Assembly (NCBI GenBank): GCA_963668675.2
Contig: CAXXMB010000001.1
Coordinates: forward strand, 64,001 to 128,000
DNA from: an uncultured Desulfatitalea sp.
GTDB taxonomy: Bacteria; Desulfobacterota; Desulfobacteria; Desulfobacterales; Desulfosarcinaceae
DNA: 64,000 bases
Reading direction: 5' to 3'
The position numbers and the translations under genes were made by a program. This document shows positions 29,998 through 38,347 of the stretch, one piece after another. The notes beneath the pieces are model-generated. The model was not told where the DNA came from, made no database searches, and saw nothing but the letters and a program-made list of their open reading frames with translations. Each line of letters begins with the position of its first letter. Position 1 is the stretch's first letter.

Positions 29998-31411
29998 AGC
30001 CCAATACGCCATGGTGTTGAACCTGGACAAGTGTATCGGCTGTCACACCTGCAGCATCCCGTGCAAGAATGTGTGGACCAACCGCGACGGCGCCGAATAC
30101 ATATGGTTCAACAATGTCGAATGCAAGCCCGGAATCGGTTATCCCAGAAAATGGGAAAATCAGGAGCATCACAAAGGCGGCTGGCAGCTCAATGGCAGCA
30201 CATTGCAACTGAAGGCCGGGGGCCGCGTTCACAAAGGTCTGAATATTTTTCACAATCCCGACCTGCCGGTCATCGATGACTACTACGAACCGTGGAATTA
30301 CGACTATGCACGGCTGATCGAGAGCCCCAAGCGCAAACACCAGCCATCCGTGCGTCCCCATTCGCGTCTGACCGGTAAGCCGATAAAACTCAAGTGGGGT
30401 CCCAACTGGGAGGACGATCTGGCCGGCCTGGGCGAAACCGGTGCCGGAGACACCAATTTTAAAAATTTGGAGTTGGAGACGTACCTGCAGTTTCGCAATG
30501 TTTTCATGTTCTGGCTGCCGCGCCTTTGCGAACACTGCCTCAACCCGGCCTGCGTGGCTTCCTGCCCGTCCGGCGCCCTTTACAAACGCGAAGAGGACGG
30601 CATCGTATTGGTGGACCAGGAGCGCTGCCGTGGCTGGCGCTACTGCGTATCGGGCTGCCCTTACAAGAAAGTCTACTTCAACTGGAAGACCGGGCGGGCG
30701 GAAAAGTGCATTTTCTGCTATCCGCGTATCGAAGCCGGCCTGACCACGCTGTGCGCCCACAGCTGCGTTGGCCGTATCCGCTACGTGGGTGTCCTGCTTT
30801 ACGATACGGATCGCATCGCCGAGGCAGCGTCGGCACCGTCGGAACAGGCCGTTTACCCGGCCCACCTGGACATCCTGCTCGACCCCAATGATCCCGATAT
30901 CGAGCGCACCGCCGCGGCCCAGGGGATTGCGCCGAATATGCTGGCCGCCGCCAAACGGTCCCCGGTCTATGCGTTGATCAAAGAGTGGCGCCTGGCGCTG
31001 CCGCTGCATCCCGAATTCCGGACCTTGCCCATGGTGTGGTATGTGCCGCCGCTGAGTCCTGTCAGCAGCCAGGCGGATCCTTCCCAGGAGTCGGAAATGA
31101 TCGATCGCCTGCGCATTCCCATCACCTACTTGGCCAACCTGCTCACCGCCGGTGACGAGGCGCCCGTCAGGATGGCCCTCAAACGCCTTTCGGCCGTTCG
31201 CCAGTATATGCGGACTCAGCGCGTGGAAAAACGGTCCGACACGGAGTTACTCAATGCGGTAGGACTTGACGAGGGAACGGTCGATAGGATGTACCGCCTG
31301 CTGGCCTTGGCGCGTCTGGAGGATCGATTCGTTTTGCCCACCAAGCCCGTCGTCGGGGGTGAAGACAGTTACGCCTGCCAAGGCCGCTGTGGTTTTGGTG
31401 ATGCCGTTTGA
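29987..31411 (+). CDS. narH: respiratory nitrate reductase beta subunit
   Basis: Motifs NLDKCIGCHTCSIPCK, PRLCEHCLNPACVASCP, CRGWRYCVSGCPY and KCIFCYPR. Confidence 0.97.
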   Translation: MKIKAQYAMVLNLDKCIGCHTCSIPCKNVWTNRDGAEYIWFNNVECKPGIGYPRKWENQEHHKGGWQLNGSTLQLKAGGRVHKGLNIFHNPDLPVIDDYYEPWNYDYARLIESPKRKHQPSVRPHSRLTGKPIKLKWGPNWEDDLAGLGETGAGDTNFKNLELETYLQFRNVFMFWLPRLCEHCLNPACVASCPSGALYKREEDGIVLVDQERCRGWRYCVSGCPYKKVYFNWKTGRAEKCIFCYPRIEAGLTTLCAHSCVGRIRYVGVLLYDTDRIAEAASAPSEQAVYPAHLDILLDPNDPDIERTAAAQGIAPNMLAAAKRSPVYALIKEWRLALPLHPEFRTLPMVWYVPPLSPVSSQADPSQESEMIDRLRIPITYLANLLTAGDEAPVRMALKRLSAVRQYMRTQRVEKRSDTELLNAVGLDEGTVDRMYRLLALARLEDRFVLPTKPVVGGEDSYACQGRCGFGDAV

Positions 31412-31437
31412 CCGGAGACGCAAAGAAAGGCCGGAAG

Positions 31438-31998
31438 ATGATCAATAGCAAAAACGATTCTCTGCAAGTGCTGGCTGTGTTGTTGAGCTACCCCGATGAC
31501 GACCTGCTGAACCGCTTGGATGAGATTGCGTCTACCGTTGACCGTTCCCATTCAGCGGAAATCAATTCAGCCATCCAGGCGTATATCAACTATCTTAAAA
31601 CACATGCCCCGATTCACGTTCAGGAAAGATATACGGCCATATTCGACATGAATCCCGCTACGACCATGAACATGACTTACCACGCTTATGGCGACAACGA
31701 AAAGCGGGCCGCTGCGCTGGCGCACCTGCAGCATAACTACGAGCAAGCCGGGTGGGATCGTATCACCGGCGAGTTGCCGGATTATCTGCCCATGATGTTG
31801 GAGTTTCTCTCGATCTGTCCGGATCCGAAGCATACCGCACCGGTCTGGCAGTGCCTTAGCGGCATGCAGCCGCTGGTTGAACGTCTGGAGAAAAGCGAAG
31901 CGATCTATGCGGCCTTGTTACAACCGATCGTCAATATGGCCGCCCAACGCCGCGCATCGGTCGGCAACGGCGACCATCGACAAGAAGCAAACGAGTAG
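31438..31998 (+). CDS. narJ: nitrate reductase Mo-cofactor assembly chaperone
   Basis: Motifs LLSYP, QERYTAIFD and GELPDYLPMMLEFL; position in the operon. Alternative start at 31408. Confidence 0.92.
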   Translation: MINSKNDSLQVLAVLLSYPDDDLLNRLDEIASTVDRSHSAEINSAIQAYINYLKTHAPIHVQERYTAIFDMNPATTMNMTYHAYGDNEKRAAALAHLQHNYEQAGWDRITGELPDYLPMMLEFLSICPDPKHTAPVWQCLSGMQPLVERLEKSEAIYAALLQPIVNMAAQRRASVGNGDHRQEANE

Positions 31999-32016
31999 CC
32001 CATAGGAGGAGATCCC

Positions 32017-32685
32017 ATGGACCTATGTTATACGCTTAGTTTCACCGTCTTTCCGTACTTATGCCTCACCACCTTCGTGGTCGGGCACGCCTACCGCTAC
32101 GTCACTGACCGCTACGGGTGGAACGCCCGATCCAGTGAGTTCCTGGAGAAGAAAGCCCTTCTGGCCGGGTCGGTTCTCTTCCACTGGGGTATTGTGTTCA
32201 CCTTCCTGGGCCATGCCGGCGGTCTGCTGATACCGCAAAGCGTCTTGGACCGCTTCGGCATCGACAGCCAGGCCCATATGGAGATCGCCTTATGGAGCGG
32301 GCTGGCCGTCGGGATAGCGGCTTTTGTCGGTGCGCTGCTCCTGTTAAAGCGGCGACTGACCCACCCCCGTGTACAAGCCGTCCGCCGGCTCAACGATACC
32401 ATCACCATCGGTGCGCTGCTCCTGGTTATCGGAGCCGGTCTTTATAATGTCGTATTTGGACATTACAACGTACTGTACTCCGTGGCCCCCTGGATCAGAG
32501 GGATCGTCACATTCACTCCCGATGCCATGCTGATGAAAGCAGTTCCCCTGAGTTACAAAATCCATGTGATCGCCGCCTGGGCCCTGCTGGGATTTTCGCC
32601 TTTCAGTCGCTTGGTGCACATCTGGAGCGCGCCGCTGTATTACTTTTTCCGAACACCGATCGTGTTCCGGCGCCGCCTGGGGTGA
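32017..32685 (+). CDS. narI: respiratory nitrate reductase gamma subunit (cytochrome b)
   Basis: Motifs FPYL, WNARSSEFL, LFHWG...GHAGG and KIHV...PFSRLVH. Confidence 0.95.
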   Translation: MDLCYTLSFTVFPYLCLTTFVVGHAYRYVTDRYGWNARSSEFLEKKALLAGSVLFHWGIVFTFLGHAGGLLIPQSVLDRFGIDSQAHMEIALWSGLAVGIAAFVGALLLLKRRLTHPRVQAVRRLNDTITIGALLLVIGAGLYNVVFGHYNVLYSVAPWIRGIVTFTPDAMLMKAVPLSYKIHVIAAWALLGFSPFSRLVHIWSAPLYYFFRTPIVFRRRLG

Positions 32686-32715
32686 TCATGAAAGTGCTTC
32701 GATAAGGAACGGCTC

Positions 32716-33759
32716 ATGTCAATGTTGGTCAACAAACTTGAAAACCTCAACCCGGCGTATTTCGCCCTGGTGATGTCCACAGGCATTATCTCGATTGCGG
32801 CCCATTACCAAGGGCTGGATCTAATCGCCACAATTCTTTTCAAATTCAATTTGGCCGCTTATGTCATCTTGTGGGTCATGTATATCGCCCGGATAATCCT
32901 TTTCACGCGGCGGTTTCGAGACGACTTTCGCGACCACACGCTGGGCATGGGCTTCTTCACGTCCGTGGCCGCCTCCGGTGTGTTAGGCAGCCAGACACTC
33001 TTGCTCACTGGCCGCTTTACGTTCGCGGCGGTTTTGTGGTGTATCACCATTGCTTTATGGATCTGCCTTATTTACGGGCTGTTCACTGGGCTGATCACCA
33101 AGGAAACCAAGCCCACTATTGCCGAAGGCATCAACGGTGGCTGGCTGCTGGCCATTGTGGCCACCCAGGCCGTTACTGTGCTGAGTACGGCCATCGCGCC
33201 TTTTTTAGAATTTTACAGTGAACCGTTGCTGTTTTTGGCGTTTATTACCTGGTTGTTCGGCGGCATGCTCTATATTTGGATTATCTCACTTATTTTCTAT
33301 CGCTATTTGTTTTTTCATTTCTCCCCTCAAGACCTGACCCCGCCATATTGGATCAACATGGGCGCCGTGGCCATAACCACCTTGGGCGGTACCGGGCTGA
33401 TCGCCAATGCAGCGTCGTCCCCGTTTTTACTTGAACTTACCCCCTTTCTGAAGGGGTTCACTTTTTTCTTTTGGGCCACTGCGACTTGGTGGATTCCAAT
33501 GCTTGTTATCCTGGGAGTATGGCGCCACGGATACCGCCGTTTCCCTTTGCAATACAGCCCGCTGTTCTGGGGTGCGGTCTTTCCTTTGGGTATGTACACG
33601 GCCTGCACCCACCGCTTGGCTGAAGTGACTGCCGCGCCGTTGATTGCCGCTATTCCCAAAGTATTCGTTTACGTGGCCATGGCGGCATGGGGCGCTACCT
33701 TCATCGGAATGGTGCACAGCATCGTAACCAACCTGCGCGGGCCAAACGTATCGACTTAA
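32716..33759 (+). CDS. TDT (TehA/SLAC1/C4-dicarboxylate) family transporter
   Basis: Motifs PAYFALVMSTGI, NGGWLL.IVATQ, PPYWINMGAVAI and WGAVFPLGMY; about 10 TMs. Confidence 0.9.
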   Translation: MSMLVNKLENLNPAYFALVMSTGIISIAAHYQGLDLIATILFKFNLAAYVILWVMYIARIILFTRRFRDDFRDHTLGMGFFTSVAASGVLGSQTLLLTGRFTFAAVLWCITIALWICLIYGLFTGLITKETKPTIAEGINGGWLLAIVATQAVTVLSTAIAPFLEFYSEPLLFLAFITWLFGGMLYIWIISLIFYRYLFFHFSPQDLTPPYWINMGAVAITTLGGTGLIANAASSPFLLELTPFLKGFTFFFWATATWWIPMLVILGVWRHGYRRFPLQYSPLFWGAVFPLGMYTACTHRLAEVTAAPLIAAIPKVFVYVAMAAWGATFIGMVHSIVTNLRGPNVST

Positions 33760-33893
33760 GATACGGCCGGTTGTGAGGTGCGGCCGGTTTCGGGGTAACT
33801 TCTTCGCCACCTCCTGAGAAGATTCGGTATTTGCCAATGGCAGCAATTGAATTCAAACTCAAACACCCCGCAAAGCGGGGGCAAGGAGCAACC

Positions 33894-34889
33894 ATGGACA
33901 TCACAACCGACTACCTCGGCCTGAAGCTGAGCAGCCCCGTCATTGTCGGCAGTTCGGGATTGACCGGTTCGGTGGAAAAAATATCGGCCTTTGCGAAAAA
34001 GGGCGCCGGAGCCGTTGTGCTCAAATCAATCTTCGAAGAGGAGATCCTGTTCGAATACGAAGATATTTTGAAAGAAGCGAACGGCGAAGGCGTCGATCTG
34101 GGCCAGTTCGACTACTATGACTTTTATCTTAAAGACAAAAAAGTGAACGGGTATACTGACCTGATCAGAGCCGCCAAGAAAGAGGTGGACATTCCGGTTA
34201 TCGCCAGCATCAACTGCCTCTATTCTCATGAGTGGACCGCCTTCGCCGGCCGTATCCAGGAGGCCGGCGCCGATGCCGTGGAGCTGAACATGTTCTTCCT
34301 GCCATCGGATTTCACCCGCTCCGCCAAGGAACAGGAAGAGGTCTACTTCAGGATCGTCGACAAGATCCTCGAAGCTGTTTCTATACCCGTCGCATTGAAA
34401 ATCAGCTATTATTTTTCGAACCTCGGGCCGATGATCCAGAAACTATCCCGCACGGGGATCGGCGGCCTGGTACTGTTTAACCGCTTTTTCAGCCCTGACA
34501 TCGACATCGAAAGCCTCAAGGTCAAACCCTCTTTTGTCTTCAGCACGCCGGCCGAGCTGGCCGTATCGCTGCGCTGGATCGCCATTATGGCCCAAAAGGT
34601 CGATTGTGACCTTGCCGCCTCAACTGGGGTGCATGACGGCCCGGCGCTCGTCAAGCAGTTGCTGGCCGGGGCCAAGGCAGTTCAGGTGGTCTCCTCCCTC
34701 TATCAAAAAGGGCCGGAGCATATCGGTACAATGATCGGCAGCCTGAAGCAGTGGATGCAACGGCACGGGTACGCGAATCTCACGGATTTTCGGGGCAAGA
34801 TGAGTCAGGAGGCGGCTGGTAATCCCGCCGTGTACGAACGGGCCCAATTCATGCGTTATTTCGGGGGTGAAAAGGGTGATGCACTGTAA
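33894..34889 (+). CDS. dihydroorotate dehydrogenase-like FMN protein, paralog 1
   Basis: Motifs GAGAVVLKSIFEE, PVIASIN, ELNMFFLP, LFNRFFSPD, AASTGVH and LLAGA. Confidence 0.88.
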   Translation: MDITTDYLGLKLSSPVIVGSSGLTGSVEKISAFAKKGAGAVVLKSIFEEEILFEYEDILKEANGEGVDLGQFDYYDFYLKDKKVNGYTDLIRAAKKEVDIPVIASINCLYSHEWTAFAGRIQEAGADAVELNMFFLPSDFTRSAKEQEEVYFRIVDKILEAVSIPVALKISYYFSNLGPMIQKLSRTGIGGLVLFNRFFSPDIDIESLKVKPSFVFSTPAELAVSLRWIAIMAQKVDCDLAASTGVHDGPALVKQLLAGAKAVQVVSSLYQKGPEHIGTMIGSLKQWMQRHGYANLTDFRGKMSQEAAGNPAVYERAQFMRYFGGEKGDAL

Positions 34890-34976
34890 AGATTGCAGGC
34901 TGCTGATTTTCATACAGAGCTCGATCCGCGTAGTCGTTGATACGATTCACTTCCATTTGCATCTGAAAGGATTTTC

Positions 34977-36005
34977 ATGAAAAACCCAATCCCCGGCGAC
35001 CTGCTGACCACTGCCATGGCGGTGATGCCCCACACGGACGTGGATCGCGCTCTCGAGATGGCACTGTCTCTCGACGTGCCCTACTGGCCGCAACTGCCCA
35101 ACTATAGCTACTATGAAGACATGTACGTGCAGGCCGCCGAGCATTTTCCCGGCATCGTGCTGGACCTGGAGAAGCGTACCCTGCGCTTCTCCATCGACAA
35201 ATTCGCAGAAGAGCTGGAAGCGGCTCTGCTGCGCTTCGACGATCCGGAGATGTTCGACATCAGCGAGACCTACTCGGCGGTCTACCACCGCTTCCTGGGC
35301 CTGAATCTGGCCGATCGGCCGGCCATAAGGGGCCAGCTCGAAGGGCCGATCAGTTTCGGGTTCAACATTCTGGACCAGGACGAACGACCGATTCTCTTCG
35401 ACGACACCGTGCGCTCCTTCATGCTGGACTTCATGTCCAAGCGTTTGAATGTCCAACTGGCACGGCTTCGGCAGCTGAACCCCAACGCTTTCATGTTCGT
35501 CGACGAGCCGGGGCTGCAGTTTCTCTTTTCGGCCATGGCGGGCTATGGCGATCTCAAGGCCAAGGGGGACCTGGACCAGTTTTTTAGCCAGGTGGACCGG
35601 CCCCGGGGCATTCACCTGTGCGGCAACCCGGATTGGGACTTCCTGCTAAATCTGGACCTGGAGGTGCTGTCGCTGGATGTGTACACCAACGCCGAGGTCT
35701 TCGCTTCCTATGCTAAGTCTATTGCCAAATTCCTCGATCGGGGAGGCGTGATTGTCTGGGGCATCGTGCCCACCGGGTTCGAGGCCTTCTCCCAAGAAGA
35801 GATACCCGCCCTGATACAGCGTCTGGAGGCGATCTGGAATATTTTGTGGGCCAAAGGCATTGACCGTGAACTGACGATCTCGCGCGCCATGATCTCCCCG
35901 GCCACCTGTTGCCTGGTCAACCCGGACAAAGAGCGCACCGTGGAGCGCGCCTTCGCCTCCGTCAACCAAATGGCCGCCATCCTGCGGGAGAAATATCTGC
36001 GCTGA
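34977..36005 (+). CDS. stand-alone methionine-synthase catalytic domain ('core', MetE-C/UROD superfamily)
   Basis: PYWPQLP, GQLEGPISF and FVDEP, Zn-ligand pattern GIHLCGN...LSLD...PATCC, and WGIVPT. 342 aa, with no folate-binding N-terminal domain. Confidence 0.75.
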   Translation: MKNPIPGDLLTTAMAVMPHTDVDRALEMALSLDVPYWPQLPNYSYYEDMYVQAAEHFPGIVLDLEKRTLRFSIDKFAEELEAALLRFDDPEMFDISETYSAVYHRFLGLNLADRPAIRGQLEGPISFGFNILDQDERPILFDDTVRSFMLDFMSKRLNVQLARLRQLNPNAFMFVDEPGLQFLFSAMAGYGDLKAKGDLDQFFSQVDRPRGIHLCGNPDWDFLLNLDLEVLSLDVYTNAEVFASYAKSIAKFLDRGGVIVWGIVPTGFEAFSQEEIPALIQRLEAIWNILWAKGIDRELTISRAMISPATCCLVNPDKERTVERAFASVNQMAAILREKYLR

Positions 36006-36061
36006 TCCGGCCATGCCGGTAGCGTCATGTGAAACCGTAAACTGAACGAAAGGAGAAAGGC

Positions 36062-37087
36062 ATGGATCTGACAACCAATTACATGGGCCTGGATTTGACA
36101 AGCCCTGTCATTGCCGGCAGTTCAGGAATGACCGGTTCGGTGGAACAGGTCAAGACCCTGGCGGACAACGGCGCCGGGGCTGTGGTGCTCAAGTCAATCT
36201 TCGAAGAGGAGGTGATGAACGAATACGCCGACTTCATCAAGACCGCCAGAGGGCAATACGGCGATCCTCAATACTTCGATTTCGAAGGCCAGCGCAGTCC
36301 GATCGAATACTACGACTATGTGCTCCGCGAGGAGAACCTGAAAAAATACATCACCCTGGTCGAGGAGTGCAAGGCGGCGGTGGCCATTCCGGTGATGGCC
36401 AGCATCAACTGTTTCTTTTATTCGGTGGAGTGGCTCTCATATGCCGTTAACCTGGAACGGGCAGGGGCCGACGCACTGGAGCTGAACATGTTTTTTCCAC
36501 CCACCGATTTCAAACACTCGCGGGAAGAAAAAGAGTCCCTCTACTTCCAAATCGCCGAACAGGTGACCCAGGCGGTCTCGATCCCGGTGGCCTTGAAAAT
36601 CAGCCCGTACTTCACCGACTTAGGCCCCATGATCCAGCGGCTTTCTCAAACCGGTATCAAGGGCATCGTGCTGTTCAACCGATTTTTCAGCCCCGACATC
36701 GATATCGATAGATTGGAAGTGAAACCTTCCTTCGTGTTCAGCACCCCGGCGGAGTTGGCCTTGTCGCTGCGCTGGATCGCCGTGATGGCCAACAAGGTCG
36801 ATTGCCATCTTGCGGCCTCCACCGGTGTGCACAGTGCAGAGGCGGTCATCAAACATCTGCTGGCCGGGGCTGACGCGGTTCAGGTTGCTTCGTGTCTTTA
36901 CAAAAACGGGCCGCAGTACATGAGTGAGCTGATAGACGGCCTGGGGACCTGGATGAAAGGCCACAGCTACAGTCGCATCTCGGATTTCAACGGCAAGTTG
37001 AGTCAGGAACGCAGCGCCGATCCGGCTGTTTACGAAAGAGCCCAGTTCATGCGTTACTTCGGAGGCAAGAAGAACGTGACGCTCTGA
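36062..37087 (+). CDS. dihydroorotate dehydrogenase-like FMN protein, paralog 2
   Basis: Same motifs as 33894-34889, with long identical stretches (KPSFVFSTPAELA, PAVYERAQFMRYFGG). Confidence 0.88.
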   Translation: MDLTTNYMGLDLTSPVIAGSSGMTGSVEQVKTLADNGAGAVVLKSIFEEEVMNEYADFIKTARGQYGDPQYFDFEGQRSPIEYYDYVLREENLKKYITLVEECKAAVAIPVMASINCFFYSVEWLSYAVNLERAGADALELNMFFPPTDFKHSREEKESLYFQIAEQVTQAVSIPVALKISPYFTDLGPMIQRLSQTGIKGIVLFNRFFSPDIDIDRLEVKPSFVFSTPAELALSLRWIAVMANKVDCHLAASTGVHSAEAVIKHLLAGADAVQVASCLYKNGPQYMSELIDGLGTWMKGHSYSRISDFNGKLSQERSADPAVYERAQFMRYFGGKKNVTL

Positions 37088-37273
37088 TGCGCCGACACCT
37101 CCATACAGAGCCGAGCGTGAGCCTATCGGATCCGGCCCCTGCTCATGCGGTTTGTCTTATCAGTGGTGATACAAAAGATCGCTTTCTGCACTCATTTAGT
37201 TTACAATCTGACCGTGGAGCGGCATTGCCGGATCGTCAATCTGATGGAGTAGCGAAAGCGAAATGGGATTCCA

Positions 37274-38305
37274 ATGATAGCGATTGTCAAACAGGGCAGC
37301 GGGCCCGGCGTTGAAATCGTCGAGATGGAAACGCCGGTGGTAGAGGAGTCCGACATTCTTCTCAGGGTCCTGGCGGCAGCCGTCTGCGGCAGTGATGTTC
37401 ACATGTATGAGGGCACGCCAGGTTATGAGTGGGTGCCGGTGCCGATTGTTCTGGGGCATGAGTTCGCAGGCGAAGTGGTCGCGGTCGGCAGGCGTGTTAC
37501 AGGGATTGCAATCGGTGAGCGGATCACCGCGCTGCCGACCATGCCATGCGGGGCGTGCGAAGCGTGCCGCATGGGGAGGGTGGGCCGTTGCACGAATCGA
37601 TACGTCCTGGGCCTGACCCGAAACGGCGCCTTCGCCGAATATATGCGCATCAAAAGCGGGGCAGAGATACTGAAAATCCCTGACAATGTATCGAATGAAG
37701 TGGCCGCGCTTTGCGAACCCCTTGCGATTTGCTTGAATGGTGTCGATCTGTCCGGCATCAAGCCCGGACAGACGGCTGCCGTTTTCGGGCCTGGTCCCAT
37801 TGGCTTGCTCACCGTCCAACTTCTAAAAGCGGCCGGGGTGGGAACCATTGTCGTCACCGGCACCGGTGTCGACAAGCACAGGCTCGATATCGCACAACAG
37901 CTCGGCGCGGACGTCATCGTCGATGTGGGGCAGGGGGACCCGGTTGCAAGCATCAAGGCGGCGGCAGGCCCGTTGGACGTGGTTTTCGAAGCGACCGGCA
38001 TCCCTCATACGATCTCGCAGGGGCTTGAAGTGCTCAAGAAAGGTGGGAAGGTGATGGTGATGGGCATTCACGGTGATAAGGCCACCTTTGACCCCATCGA
38101 CCTGGTGCGGCGCCGCAAATCACTGGTCGGCGTGTACGGATATGACCGGAGCACCTGGTTGCGGGCGCTGCGCCTGATGTCGACCGGAAAGATTGATATC
38201 ACACCCATTATCACCCATCGGCTTCCCTTTTCACAGGGGAAAAAAGGGTTTGAACTGGCATCCAGCAGAGTTGCGGCCAAGGTGGTTTTTGGTCCGGAAG
38301 TATAA
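37274..38305 (+). CDS. zinc-dependent MDR dehydrogenase (threonine/sorbitol dehydrogenase-like)
   Basis: Motifs CGSD, GHE, CGACEAC...C, EPLA, GPGPIG and ITHR. Confidence 0.92.
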   Translation: MIAIVKQGSGPGVEIVEMETPVVEESDILLRVLAAAVCGSDVHMYEGTPGYEWVPVPIVLGHEFAGEVVAVGRRVTGIAIGERITALPTMPCGACEACRMGRVGRCTNRYVLGLTRNGAFAEYMRIKSGAEILKIPDNVSNEVAALCEPLAICLNGVDLSGIKPGQTAAVFGPGPIGLLTVQLLKAAGVGTIVVTGTGVDKHRLDIAQQLGADVIVDVGQGDPVASIKAAAGPLDVVFEATGIPHTISQGLEVLKKGGKVMVMGIHGDKATFDPIDLVRRRKSLVGVYGYDRSTWLRALRLMSTGKIDITPIITHRLPFSQGKKGFELASSRVAAKVVFGPEV

Positions 38306-38347
38306 GATAGAGCAGGCGAAATTTTAAGATTACTTCAGGAGCGTGTA

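Noticed and set aside
29954..31009. Long antisense or alternative-frame ORFs (e.g. 29954-31009, 59261-60274, 11211-12161, 55775-56632, 15612-16529)
   Set aside because: They shadow well-supported genes, as expected from GC-rich codon bias, and have no motifs.
33760..33893. Possible SAM or other riboswitch before the DHOD-like/Met synthase genes
   Set aside because: Only small hairpins; no SAM-I consensus core visible.
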